64,000 nucleotides of DNA from Acidobacteriota bacterium (GTDB lineage: Bacteria; Acidobacteriota; Blastocatellia; Pyrinomonadales; Pyrinomonadaceae), in contig JBKPMX010000013.1 of the NCBI GenBank assembly GCA_046765655.1, forward strand, positions 1,815 to 65,814, in the 5' to 3' direction. Shown piece after piece: positions 39,376-49,563 of this stretch (the first letter of the stretch is position 1; each line of letters opens with the position of its first letter). Below the pieces are notes generated by a model. That model had not been told where the DNA came from, did no database searches, and worked only from the letters and a program-made list of their open reading frames with translations. The translations under genes were made by a program, and so were the position numbers.

Positions 39376-41835
39376 ATGTACACGCTCCTTCAAGACCTTC
39401 GTTACGGTGTTCGCACTTTAGGCAAAAACCTGGGCGTCACGATCGTTGCAGTTATCACTCTGGCGCTCGGTATTGGTGCGAACACCGCGATCTTCAGCGG
39501 CGTGAGTGCCTTCGTCTTCAGGCCACTGCCGGTGCCACACCCTGAACAGTTAGTGCGACCAATGGAGTTAACTGAGGACCGTGGATTGGCAGACGAGTTC
39601 TCTTATCCCGATTTCGTTGAATATCGAAATCAGGAGTCAGTGTTCTCTGGAATGTTTGCCGAGAACATGGTCCAAGCAGCAATTGGAACCGAAACTGAAA
39701 ACGATGTGATCTGGGGACAGGTGGTGAGCGGCAACTATTTCGATGTACTCCAGGTAACCCCAATGATGGGTCGCGCGTTTTTGCCTGACGAGGACAGCGC
39801 ACCGGGCTCTCATCCAGTTGTTGTCGTGAGTCATAGCCTGTGGCAACGCCGGCTGGGTGCTGATTCGCACATCGTCGGGAAGACTGTCGAACTCAACGGA
39901 AAACCATACAACGTCATTGGCGTTGCGCCGCCGACATTCAAAGGCAGCAAGTTTGCTTTGGCCCTCGACTTCTGGATACCGATGGCCATGGTTGAGGAAC
40001 TGCAACGCAATCCCGGTCTGCTGAAGGACCGCGGTAGTAATTGGATGAACATCGTGGCGCGATTGAAGCCCGGTGTTTCGCTGGACCAGGCGTCGGCAAA
40101 CATGTCGATGATTGCCAAACGTTTGAATCAGACTTATCCAGATGATCGCGCCAGTAGCACCGATGGACTTGTAAAGACGGAACTCGAAGGACGATTTGAA
40201 GAAGCAGCGGCAATGATGAAAACAGGCGCGGCGATCGCGATGTCGATCGTAGGCCTCGTTCTTCTCATCGCGTGTGCGAACGTTGCTAATCTTTTGCTGG
40301 CGCGCGCAGCTGCTCGCAGAAAAGAGATTGGGATACGTCTTGCGCTCGGTGCGAGCCGCGCGCGTTTGATCCGGCAGTTGCTCACAGAAAACATTCTTCT
40401 CTCATTGCTCGGCGGCGGAATGGGTCTGTTGCTCGCTTACTGGCTGACGTATCTGATGCAGGGGTTTATTCCAGTCATTGAATACAACGTTCTCAACGAC
40501 TTCTTCGGCATTGACTCTCGTGTGCTGATATTCACCCTTGTTATTTCACTACTCACCGGAGTGTTGTTTGGTCTTGCGCCCGCATGGCACGCCTCAAAAC
40601 CTGAGCTAGTCCCGGTTCTAAAAGGAGAGATCACTACACAGTCTGGAAAACGACGTCGGCTCACGCTGCGCAACTCTTTAGTGGTCGCGCAAGTAGCGCT
40701 GTCGCTTGTGGTACTCGTATGCGCTGGTTTGTTTGTTCAAAGCTTTCGTTATGCCCAGCGAATGGATCCGGGATTTGGCGCGCAGAACGTACTGCTCATG
40801 ACTATCAATCCGCAGTTAATTGGTTACGACGAAACACAGAATAAAGATTTTTTTGCTCGCACAGTCGAAGGGGTGAAGGCGCTACCAGGGGTAGAAGCTG
40901 CCAGTGTCACCCGATTGGCGCCTCTCGGTGACAGCTCAAACTCGAGTGGACCAATACTGCGAGAGGGAGAAACACTCGCGCGGGGAAGCGCTGGCCGCGT
41001 GATCATGAATACCTCAGTTAGTCCGGGCTACTTTCAAACGATGCAGATACCGATCCTGGAAGGTCGCGACTTTGATGACCGCGATCGGAAAGGATCACAA
41101 CAAACGGTAATCGTGAATGACCGCATGGCTGAAATGATGTGGCCGGGGCAGAGCGCTGTCGGCAAACGAATTCTGGTTGGAACGGACAGTCATGATCCAC
41201 TCGAAGTGGTCGCCGTAGTGAAGACTGGCAAGTATCGATCTTTGAGCGAAGATCCGAAACCGTTTTATTACTACCCAATGCGTCAGCGTAGACCCGCCGG
41301 CATGACGTTACTCGTGCGAACGAGCGGAGATCCGCACGCATTGATTAACGCAGTACGCACGCACATTCAATCACTCGACCGGCGCATGCCTGTCTTTGCA
41401 GTGAAAACTTTGCCCGAACACATGACGTGGGCGCTATGGGCTCCGAGGATGGCAGCGTCGCTATCACTTGCATTCGGATTAGTGGCGTTGTTGTTGAGTG
41501 CTGTTGGACTCTACAGCGTCATGGCCTACGTCGTGTCGCAGCGAACGCGTGAGGTTGGCATTCGGATGGCTCTCGGTGCGCAGCGTCGAGACGTTCTGAG
41601 GTTGATGGCCGCTTATGGAATGAGCTTGGCCTTTATTGGTTTAGCCATTGGGCTCGGCCTGGCATTCGTGTTAGCTCGAGCTCTATCGGCTGTGTTGATT
41701 GGCGTCAGCGTCTATGACCTGACGATATTTTTAGCAGTTCCTGTGTTGCTAACTGTTGTGGCTGCTGCTGCGTGTGTCTTTCCGGCGCGCCGCGCCACAA
41801 AAGTCGATCCGTTGGTAGCCCTCAGGTACGAGTGA
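39376..41835 (+). CDS. ADOP-family duplicated orphan permease (member 16)
   Basis: [35 protein letters not shown] / [15 protein letters not shown]. Tail [17 protein letters not shown]. Confidence 0.9.
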   Translation: MYTLLQDLRYGVRTLGKNLGVTIVAVITLALGIGANTAIFSGVSAFVFRPLPVPHPEQLVRPMELTEDRGLADEFSYPDFVEYRNQESVFSGMFAENMVQAAIGTETENDVIWGQVVSGNYFDVLQVTPMMGRAFLPDEDSAPGSHPVVVVSHSLWQRRLGADSHIVGKTVELNGKPYNVIGVAPPTFKGSKFALALDFWIPMAMVEELQRNPGLLKDRGSNWMNIVARLKPGVSLDQASANMSMIAKRLNQTYPDDRASSTDGLVKTELEGRFEEAAAMMKTGAAIAMSIVGLVLLIACANVANLLLARAAARRKEIGIRLALGASRARLIRQLLTENILLSLLGGGMGLLLAYWLTYLMQGFIPVIEYNVLNDFFGIDSRVLIFTLVISLLTGVLFGLAPAWHASKPELVPVLKGEITTQSGKRRRLTLRNSLVVAQVALSLVVLVCAGLFVQSFRYAQRMDPGFGAQNVLLMTINPQLIGYDETQNKDFFARTVEGVKALPGVEAASVTRLAPLGDSSNSSGPILREGETLARGSAGRVIMNTSVSPGYFQTMQIPILEGRDFDDRDRKGSQQTVIVNDRMAEMMWPGQSAVGKRILVGTDSHDPLEVVAVVKTGKYRSLSEDPKPFYYYPMRQRRPAGMTLLVRTSGDPHALINAVRTHIQSLDRRMPVFAVKTLPEHMTWALWAPRMAASLSLAFGLVALLLSAVGLYSVMAYVVSQRTREVGIRMALGAQRRDVLRLMAAYGMSLAFIGLAIGLGLAFVLARALSAVLIGVSVYDLTIFLAVPVLLTVVAAAACVFPARRATKVDPLVALRYE

Positions 41836-41840
41836 GCGAG

Positions 41841-41938
41841 CTAAGAGCTAAGAGCTAAGAGCTAAGAGCTAAGAGCTAAGAGCTAAGAGCTAAGAGCGAA
41901 GAGCGAAGAGCCAAGAGCCAAGAGCCAAGAGCCAAGAG
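41841..41938 (+). repeat. perfect 14-unit heptanucleotide array (CTAAGAG)8(CGAAGAG)2(CCAAGAG)4
   Basis: Counted base by base: eight CTAAGAG units from 41841, two CGAAGAG units from 41897, four CCAAGAG units from 41911, with no interruption. It begins 5 nt after the member 16 stop and ends 61 nt before ATG 42000. It is followed by the closing stem aagagc-gatgt-gctctt. Confidence 0.95.
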
Positions 41939-41999
41939 CGATGTGCTCTTACCACTTTGCCCTTTGCCGCATCGATCTAGCTTACGCGGAGGTCTATTC

Positions 42000-44408
42000 A
42001 TGCAAACACTGATTCAGGACATTCGATACGCTGTTCGGAGCTTATTGAAGCGGCCAGGCTTCGTCGTCATCGCCATTACTACGCTCGCACTTGGTATTGG
42101 CGCTACTACCGCAATCTTCACCGTCGTGAATTCGGTGCTGCTTCGCCCTCTGTCCTTTCCTCAATCAGAGGCGATTGTCGCATTTGACGGTATTAATCCC
42201 GGCAAGGGCTTTACTGAGGGCCCCATGTCCGTACCCGACTTCGCCGATTGGAGAAATCAAAGCCAGTCGTTCGAGCAGATGGCGGCCTTCGTTCCTATTG
42301 GTGCAATTCTGGCTAGCAACGATGGGCCCGAACGTGTCCATACAACACTGGTGACAACTGATTTCTTTCCGTTGTTACGCACTGCGCCATTCAGGGGACG
42401 CGCGTTTCAACCGGACGATTACCGGAAGGGCACTGAATTTGTCGCTATGGTGAGTTACGGGCTGTGGCAACGTCGGTTTGCTGGCAGCGAAAGCCTGGTT
42501 GGTCAGAAAGTGCTGTTGGATTCCTGGCCCTTCACTATTATCGGTGTGATGCCTCGTGGTTTCGATTATCCGGAACAGTCAGAGATTTGGCTTCCATACG
42601 CTCCGAATCCAGCGAAGCAGCCGCGCGATAACCGTTTCATAAATGTCATCGGTCGTCTGAAATCCGGAGTAACGATTCAACAGGCTCAAGTGGAAATGAC
42701 CCTGCTGAATGAACGTTTGGCCCAAAGTTACACCGAGACGAATTATGGTCAGAACGTTAAGCTCTCAACTCTTCAAGATAAGCTGGTTGGAAATTTGCGC
42801 ACTGCGCTGCTTGTTTTGTTGGGCGCCGTAGTTTTTGTGCTGCTCATCGCGTGCGCGAATGTAGCAAACCTCCAGCTCTCGCGGGCGACTTACAGAGAAC
42901 GTGAGATAGCAGTACGCACAGCTCTCGGCGCAAGCCGACTGAGAATTATTCGACAGCTATTGACCGAGAGTGTGCTCCTGGCGATTGTCAGCGGCATTGC
43001 AGGTATTGGTCTGAGTGTTTGGCTAACCAAACTACTAATTGCCATTAGCCCGCCAAATAGTCCTCGATTTGAAGAGATTGCTATCGATGCCCGGGTGTTT
43101 GTCTTTGCTCTTGCACTCGCTGTGATCACCGGTGTCGTTTTTGGTCTCGCTCCTGCACTTAAAGCGTCGCGAACAGATATCAACGAAACTCTGAAGGACG
43201 TTGGTCGCGCTGGATTGCACGGTCGTCGTAACCGAATCGGTGGCTGGTTAATGATCTCGGAGATCGCACTCTCGTTTATGTTGCTCGTTGGTGCAGGGTT
43301 ATTGATTAAGAGCTTCGTCCGGCTGTTAGACGTGAAACCCGGATTTGAACCTGCAAACACACTAACGATGCGTTTACAGCTTCCATCGGGAAAATACATA
43401 GACGCTAAGGAAAACCAACAGATCTACCGACAGATTGTCGAGCGCGTTGGCGCGTTGCCAGGAGTTGCATCAGCGGGTGCGATTCTGAGTCTCCCACTTC
43501 GCGGCAGCGAATTTAATCTCGGGCGAGGTTATGTTCTTGAGGGGCGGCCACTGACACCTGAAGAATCAGGCAGTGCATTCTATCTAGCCATCACGCCGGG
43601 GTACTTTCAAACTGCCGGAATTCCACTAAAGAGCGGTCGCATCTTTGACGATCACGACACGAGTGACACACCGATGGTCGCAGTCATCAATGAGACGATG
43701 GCTCGTAAATTGTGGCCTGGAGAGAACCCTATCGGTCGAAAGTTCATCTTCTGGCGTGACGAAAAGTTTTCTCGCGAAATAGTAGGTGTGGTAGGCGACA
43801 CACGTGTCTCACTTGATACTCAAGCAGAGGACCAGGTGTATGTTCCTGACGCGCAGAGCGGGTCGTGGAGCAATACTTCGCTGGTAGTTAAGACCAACTC
43901 AGAACCGACGGCTCTTGCATCCGCCATACGTAACGAAATCCTCGCGACCGATCGCGGCATTGCCATCTACAACGTCAAGACGCTGGAAGATCTGGTTATC
44001 ACTTCCGCGGCACCGCGCAAGACACCGATGCTGTTGCTGGCCTCGTTCGCTGGCGCCGCGATGATGCTGGCGATGCTCGGAATTTATGGTGTCACTGCTT
44101 ACTACGTAACGCAGCACACACATGAAATCGGTTTGCGGATGGCACTGGGCGCACAAGTGAAGGACGTGCTGAAGCTTGTACTCAGACGCGGAATTCTGCT
44201 TGCCCTTGTTGGTATCGGCATCGGAGTAGTAGCTGCCTTGGGTCTTACTCGGTATTTGTCGACGCTATTGTTCGAAGTGCGGCCGATAGATGTGCCGACG
44301 TTCTTAATTGTTGCGGGGGTATTGATCTTGGTCGCACTGCTTGCCTGCGTGATACCCGCGCGACGTGCGGCGAAAGTCGATCCACTCGTGGCGCTCCGGT
44401 ACGAGTAG
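42000..44408 (+). CDS. ADOP-family duplicated orphan permease (member 17)
   Basis: Consensus start [21 protein letters not shown] at ATG 42000 with GGAGG upstream (ORF-track start 41943 is a non-conserved extension). [15 protein letters not shown] / HEIGLRMALGAQVKD. Tail [17 protein letters not shown]. Confidence 0.88.
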   Translation: MQTLIQDIRYAVRSLLKRPGFVVIAITTLALGIGATTAIFTVVNSVLLRPLSFPQSEAIVAFDGINPGKGFTEGPMSVPDFADWRNQSQSFEQMAAFVPIGAILASNDGPERVHTTLVTTDFFPLLRTAPFRGRAFQPDDYRKGTEFVAMVSYGLWQRRFAGSESLVGQKVLLDSWPFTIIGVMPRGFDYPEQSEIWLPYAPNPAKQPRDNRFINVIGRLKSGVTIQQAQVEMTLLNERLAQSYTETNYGQNVKLSTLQDKLVGNLRTALLVLLGAVVFVLLIACANVANLQLSRATYREREIAVRTALGASRLRIIRQLLTESVLLAIVSGIAGIGLSVWLTKLLIAISPPNSPRFEEIAIDARVFVFALALAVITGVVFGLAPALKASRTDINETLKDVGRAGLHGRRNRIGGWLMISEIALSFMLLVGAGLLIKSFVRLLDVKPGFEPANTLTMRLQLPSGKYIDAKENQQIYRQIVERVGALPGVASAGAILSLPLRGSEFNLGRGYVLEGRPLTPEESGSAFYLAITPGYFQTAGIPLKSGRIFDDHDTSDTPMVAVINETMARKLWPGENPIGRKFIFWRDEKFSREIVGVVGDTRVSLDTQAEDQVYVPDAQSGSWSNTSLVVKTNSEPTALASAIRNEILATDRGIAIYNVKTLEDLVITSAAPRKTPMLLLASFAGAAMMLAMLGIYGVTAYYVTQHTHEIGLRMALGAQVKDVLKLVLRRGILLALVGIGIGVVAALGLTRYLSTLLFEVRPIDVPTFLIVAGVLILVALLACVIPARRAAKVDPLVALRYE

Positions 44409-44447
44409 AAATGAAGACCGTAAGCAAAACGTAGATTGGAGACTGTC

Positions 44448-46886
44448 ATGCAATCGCTTCTTCAAGACATACGCTACGGAGTTCGAAGCCTGAGCAAGCG
44501 GCCGAGTTTCGTTGTGATTGCCGTAATCACGCTCGGTCTCGGAATAGGCGCCAACACCGCGATCTTCAGCGTCGTGAATGCAGTTCTGCTCAAGCCGTTG
44601 CCGTTCAACGATCCGGAACGGATCGTGATGCTTTGGGGCGTTCTGCCGCAGTACGCAGGAGCGAGTCTTCCCGCATCGGCCGGCAACTATCTTGACTTCG
44701 CTAAAGAGAGCAAGTCGTTCGAACATGTCTCGGCGTTCCGTCAATGGTCCTGGCAACTCACTGGCGGCCTTGAGCCTGAACAACTGCAAGGCGCTCGAGT
44801 GTCAGCCAGTTTCTTTGACACTATCGGAGCGAGTCCGATGCTGGGCCGGCCCTTCACCGCTGAGGAAGACAAGCCAAACGGTACACGAGTAGCAGTCATA
44901 AGTTACGGATTGTGGCAACGACACTTTGGTTTAGACCAGAACATTGTTGGCCGCTCCATCACCTTGTCGGGCCAAACTGTGACCATCGTTGGTGTGATGC
45001 CACCGGGATTTCGTTTTCCTGGCGGGGCGAATCTGATTCCAGGTTTACAGTTTGCCTTTCAAAACGATATTTGGGTTCCGTTGGCTTTAACAGATGATGA
45101 GATTTCTCGACAGGGAAATCTCAATCTTGCGCTCGCAGGTCGATTAAGAGCTGGCGTATCGATAGCACAGGCCAAGCTCGAAACAGATTCGATTCAAAGC
45201 GGTTTACCTTTAGGAAAGATTGGTTACACGTTCAATCTCGTACCGCTCTATCAGCAGATGGCAGGCGGGGTAAGAAGGCTGATGCTGGTGTTGTTTGCGA
45301 CTGTGGCATTCGTTCTTCTGATTGCCTGCGCTAATGTCGCCAATCTGTTACTAACACGAGCGACTTCACGGCAGCGTGAGGTGGCAATTCGTGTTGCTCT
45401 CGGTGCGGGACGGCTCCGTGTCGTGAGGCAACTCCTAACCGAGAGTGTGCTGCTTTCATTGTTGGGTGGAACAGTGGGAATCATTCTCGCTTCCTGGGGA
45501 ATAAGTTTTCTTGTTTCGTTGATTCCAAGAGACGTTCCGCGCATTCAGGACGTGGGGATCGACGTTCGCATTCTCACGTTTGGCCTCGCAATTTCCTTTA
45601 TCACTGGAATCGTCTTTGGTTTGGTCCCCGCGCTACAAAGTTCCAAAGTTGATTTACAGGAGTCGCTGAAAGAAGGTTCGCGAGGAGTTTCTTCTGGAAC
45701 TCGACAAAACAGAATTCGCAGTGTTCTGGTCATATCAGAAGTAAGCCTTGCTGTCGTTCTTCTTATCGGTGCGACACTTCTTACTCGAAGCTTCATTCAA
45801 CTGCTCGATAGGAATCCCGGATTGGACACCTCGCATGTACTGAAGCTCGAAGTAGCGTTACCCAACGTTCCACCTTCTCGTTATGCGAATACGTCGGAAC
45901 AGGTGTCGTTCTTTCGTCAGTTGATTGATCGAATCGTTACTGTTCCAGGAGTCGAGTCGGCCGCCGGCGTCGTGACATTGCCACTTACTGGCGGGTTTGA
46001 AAGTACCGAAGTGATCATCGATGGACGTGAATCATCGGCGGGTAACCGACCTGAGGCGAATTACAACACCATTACTCCGGGATTCTTCAAGGTGTTCAGA
46101 ATTCCACTTTTGAAGGGTAGGGATTTCACGGCGCAAGACAATGCCGATTCCGCGCGCGTACTGATCGTCAATGATGTTTTCGCCCAGCGTTTATGGCCAA
46201 ACGAGGAGGCCATTGGAAAACAACTTCGCGTTGGTTTCGAAAAAGAACCTCGAGAGATCGTTGGTGTGGTTGGCGGCTCCAGACGGGCGGATTTGACCTC
46301 CGAACCGCGACCGGAGATGTATCTGCCGCATTCACAGTTTTCAAATGGAACTCTGATACTCCTAGTCAGAACTCAAGGCGATCCTCTCGCAATGGCGCCG
46401 GTGATTCGGGAGCACGTCCGACTGCAAGACCAGGACATTCCAGTGTCACGAATCGGCACCATGGATCAGGTATTGGCTACTTCTGTCGCTCAGCAGCGAT
46501 TCACGATGTTGTTAATGGGATTGTTTGCCGCGTTGGCCCTGGTTCTCGCACTCGTAGGAATCTATGCGGTGATGGCCTATCTGGTGACACAACGATCGCA
46601 TGAGATCGGAATCCGACTGGCGCTCGGTGCGACTGGATCTGACGTTCTGCAGCTAGTGTTGAAAACGGGTATGACGTTAACGCTGGTAGGTGTCGGAATT
46701 GGATTGGCCGTTGCGTGGGGTTTGACACGTTTCATGTCGAGCTTGCTGTTTGGCGTCACTACAACGGATGCGCTGACTTTCGCCGCCGTACCTCTGCTAC
46801 TTCTGATCGTGTCGTTGGTTGCCTGTTACGTCCCTGCGCGCCGTGCGACAAAAGTGGATCCGCTTGTGGCGCTTCGATATGAATAA
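44448..46886 (+). CDS. ADOP-family duplicated orphan permease (member 18)
   Basis: [21 protein letters not shown] at ATG 44448 (TTG 44436 is the alternative). [15 protein letters not shown] / [15 protein letters not shown]. Tail [17 protein letters not shown]. Confidence 0.88.
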   Translation: MQSLLQDIRYGVRSLSKRPSFVVIAVITLGLGIGANTAIFSVVNAVLLKPLPFNDPERIVMLWGVLPQYAGASLPASAGNYLDFAKESKSFEHVSAFRQWSWQLTGGLEPEQLQGARVSASFFDTIGASPMLGRPFTAEEDKPNGTRVAVISYGLWQRHFGLDQNIVGRSITLSGQTVTIVGVMPPGFRFPGGANLIPGLQFAFQNDIWVPLALTDDEISRQGNLNLALAGRLRAGVSIAQAKLETDSIQSGLPLGKIGYTFNLVPLYQQMAGGVRRLMLVLFATVAFVLLIACANVANLLLTRATSRQREVAIRVALGAGRLRVVRQLLTESVLLSLLGGTVGIILASWGISFLVSLIPRDVPRIQDVGIDVRILTFGLAISFITGIVFGLVPALQSSKVDLQESLKEGSRGVSSGTRQNRIRSVLVISEVSLAVVLLIGATLLTRSFIQLLDRNPGLDTSHVLKLEVALPNVPPSRYANTSEQVSFFRQLIDRIVTVPGVESAAGVVTLPLTGGFESTEVIIDGRESSAGNRPEANYNTITPGFFKVFRIPLLKGRDFTAQDNADSARVLIVNDVFAQRLWPNEEAIGKQLRVGFEKEPREIVGVVGGSRRADLTSEPRPEMYLPHSQFSNGTLILLVRTQGDPLAMAPVIREHVRLQDQDIPVSRIGTMDQVLATSVAQQRFTMLLMGLFAALALVLALVGIYAVMAYLVTQRSHEIGIRLALGATGSDVLQLVLKTGMTLTLVGVGIGLAVAWGLTRFMSSLLFGVTTTDALTFAAVPLLLLIVSLVACYVPARRATKVDPLVALRYE

Positions 46887-46892
46887 AACGAA

Positions 46893-46997
46893 CATTTGCC
46901 ATTTGTCGTTTGCCATTCTTCATTTGCCATTTACACGCCGCGTCGCGTTGTTTTCTAAGTGGCAAATGAAAAATGGCAAATGACATACGGCAAATGG
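46893..46997. repeat. spacer hairpin with CATTTGC / GGCAAAT heptad arms
   Basis: Left CATTTGC CATTTGT CGTTTGC CATTCTT CATTTGC CATTTA. Right GTGGCAA ATGAAAA ATGGCAA ATGACAT ACGGCAA ATGG. Confidence 0.85.
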
Positions 46998-47085
46998 CTT
47001 GGTCTTTTCCAGCACAAGTCGGTTACGGGCGGTGTTTACCCGTTAGACAGTCGTAATCCAAATTTCCAACAGCTCAGGGTGCATC

Positions 47086-49542
47086 ATGCAAAAGCTCCTG
47101 CAAGACATGCGTTTCGGCATCCGAATGCTCTTGAAGAATCCGGGCGTGTCGTTGGTTGCCATCCTTACGCTCGCCGTCGGAATTGGCGCGAACGCCGCCA
47201 TCTTCAGCGTCGTCAACACTGTTCTCCTCCGTCCACTTCCATATAAAGATCCCGGGCGGCTGGTGGCGATTTGGGAAAACCAGCCAAGCCAAGGTCAAAC
47301 GCGCGTATCACCGGCAAACTTCTTCGATTGGAAGAAACAAAGCACGTCGTTTGAGGACATGTCGGCATATGGCGGCTCCGCGATGACGCTCACTGGTGAT
47401 GGTGAACCCGAGCAGCTGTCTGGGACACGCGTGAGTTCTGGGTATTTCGACGTCGTCGGAATTAGGCCGATGTTGGGTCGCGCGTTTCTTGCTGACGAAT
47501 ATGAGGTCGGAAAAGGACAAGTCGTAATCCTCGGCCATGGTCTTTGGCGACGTCGTTTTGGATCAGACGAAAACATCGTGAATAAGAGTGTGACGCTTGA
47601 CGGTCAACCGTACACGGTTGTTGGTGTCATGCCGCCAGGTTTGTACCCAGTTCGTCCCACGACCTCCGGTCACCTGGCATTCGGCGAAGAGCAACAACAC
47701 TTCTGGATACCAATGTCGTTTGCTGCGCAGTGGGCAGCCGTACGCACGGCGCATGTGCTCGGCGTAGTTGGCAGACTCAAACAGGGGGTCACACTTGAGC
47801 AGGCACGCAACGAGATGAACACGATCGGTGCGCGACTCGCGCAACAGTATCCGGCGAATATGGGCGAAGGCATTCTTGTAAACCCGTTCATGAATGAAAT
47901 GGTCGGTGATGTTCGTCCAGCACTGCTGATACTTTTCCTCGCCGTCGGACTCGTGTTGTTGATTGCCTGCGCCAACATCGCCGGCCTCCGACTCGCACAA
48001 CACTCCGCACGTAGTAAGGAGATCGCAATTCGTGCAGCCTTGGGTGCGCCTCGCCGGCGGCTCATCACGCAGTTCTTTGTCGAAGGATTATTGCTGTCGT
48101 TAATCGGGGCTATCGTCGGCTTAGCAGTTGCCGTCCTTGCAATGAAGACGTTGATCAGCTTCGTGCCGCAAGACATTCCACGCCTGGCAGACGTTGGACT
48201 CGACTGGAGAGTCCTGGGTTTTACGCTGCTTCTGTCAGTCGGGAGTTGCGTGTTATTTGGGTTGATTCCCGCGTGGCACGCCTCACAACCGGATCTGCAT
48301 ACCGCACTCGAACAGGCAGGCCGCAGTTCTGGTCCGGGTTCGTACAGATTGCGCTTCCGCCAATCACTCGTTGTCTTTCAGGTGAGCATCGCAGTGATGC
48401 TAGTCATTGGTGCCGGCCTATTAATAAGGAGCTTCTGGCTCTTGCAGCGGGTTGATCCTGGATTCCAACCACAGCGTGTGTTGTCGGTCGGTATAACGCT
48501 ACCGTTCAGCAAATACACCGACCCAGTGCGAATCAACCAGTTCTTCAATGGAATCCAAGATCGCATCGCTGGCGTGCCGGCTGTTCAATCAGCCGCGATC
48601 GGATACGACCATCCTTTACAAACAAACTGGACCGAATCTTTTGAGATTGAAGGACATGTTATTCCTTCGGATCAGCGGGCCCCGGTGGCTAATTTCAATC
48701 CTGTGTCACCTGACTATTTCAAAACAGTCGGAGTCCAGTTGGTTACGGGGCGGCATTTCACCGCCGACGATAACCACGATCACCCGGGTGTCGCTATCGT
48801 TAATGAAGCTTTTGTGCACAAGTATTTAGCCGGCGATAAAGTCATCGGCACACGGATAAAGACGCAACAGGCGCCGCGAATTTGGAAAGACAATCGCTTC
48901 GCCTGGTTCGAGATCGTTGGCGTTGTGCGCGACGTTAAATCAGGTGGACTAAAAGAGGCAGCTGAGCCGACTTACTATCTTCCCGCAGCACAAGTTCCTT
49001 TGCAGGACATGGTGTTGCTCGTCCGAACGTCGGGTGAACCGTCGACGCTCGTGTCAGCTATTCAGCGCGCCGTGTGGGCGATCGATCCTGACCAGCCAAT
49101 CGCGGATGTGAAGACTCTCGAGCAGGTGATTTCAGATAGCGTGGCCCAACCTCGATTCAACATGTTTCTGATGGGGATGTTTGGCGTGCTTGCGCTGTTG
49201 TTGGCGGTGATCGGAATCTACGCGCTCCTGTCGTACGCAGTCACGCAACGTAAACAGGAACTGGGAATTCGGATGGCACTCGGCGCAAATCGTGGCGATG
49301 TATTGAAACTTGTGTTGCGCCAGGGAATGACATTGGCTTTGTTGGGAGAAGTGGTTGGTTTAATTGGAGCTGTCGCATTAACGCGAGTGATGCGTGGGCT
49401 GTTGTTCGGGATTGGACCACTTGATGTAACCACATTCGCGAGTGTCGTAATTGGATCGACGTTTGTTGCTGTCGTGGCGTGTTACATCCCAGCGCGACGC
49501 GCAACGAAAGTCGACCCGTTGGTGGCGCTTCGATATGAATGA
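47086..49542 (+). CDS. ADOP-family duplicated orphan permease (member 19)
   Basis: MQKLLQDMRFGIRMLLKNPGV. KEIAIRAALGAPRRR / [15 protein letters not shown]. Tail [17 protein letters not shown]. Confidence 0.9.
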   Translation: MQKLLQDMRFGIRMLLKNPGVSLVAILTLAVGIGANAAIFSVVNTVLLRPLPYKDPGRLVAIWENQPSQGQTRVSPANFFDWKKQSTSFEDMSAYGGSAMTLTGDGEPEQLSGTRVSSGYFDVVGIRPMLGRAFLADEYEVGKGQVVILGHGLWRRRFGSDENIVNKSVTLDGQPYTVVGVMPPGLYPVRPTTSGHLAFGEEQQHFWIPMSFAAQWAAVRTAHVLGVVGRLKQGVTLEQARNEMNTIGARLAQQYPANMGEGILVNPFMNEMVGDVRPALLILFLAVGLVLLIACANIAGLRLAQHSARSKEIAIRAALGAPRRRLITQFFVEGLLLSLIGAIVGLAVAVLAMKTLISFVPQDIPRLADVGLDWRVLGFTLLLSVGSCVLFGLIPAWHASQPDLHTALEQAGRSSGPGSYRLRFRQSLVVFQVSIAVMLVIGAGLLIRSFWLLQRVDPGFQPQRVLSVGITLPFSKYTDPVRINQFFNGIQDRIAGVPAVQSAAIGYDHPLQTNWTESFEIEGHVIPSDQRAPVANFNPVSPDYFKTVGVQLVTGRHFTADDNHDHPGVAIVNEAFVHKYLAGDKVIGTRIKTQQAPRIWKDNRFAWFEIVGVVRDVKSGGLKEAAEPTYYLPAAQVPLQDMVLLVRTSGEPSTLVSAIQRAVWAIDPDQPIADVKTLEQVISDSVAQPRFNMFLMGMFGVLALLLAVIGIYALLSYAVTQRKQELGIRMALGANRGDVLKLVLRQGMTLALLGEVVGLIGAVALTRVMRGLLFGIGPLDVTTFASVVIGSTFVAVVACYIPARRATKVDPLVALRYE

Positions 49543-49563
49543 GAACAAGAGGAGACGATCAGC

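Noticed and set aside
41841-41938. CRISPR array or coding low-complexity repeat.
   Set aside because: The units are 7 nt with no spacers, so it is not a CRISPR. The dominant unit contains TAA and the period is not divisible by 3, so it is not coding.
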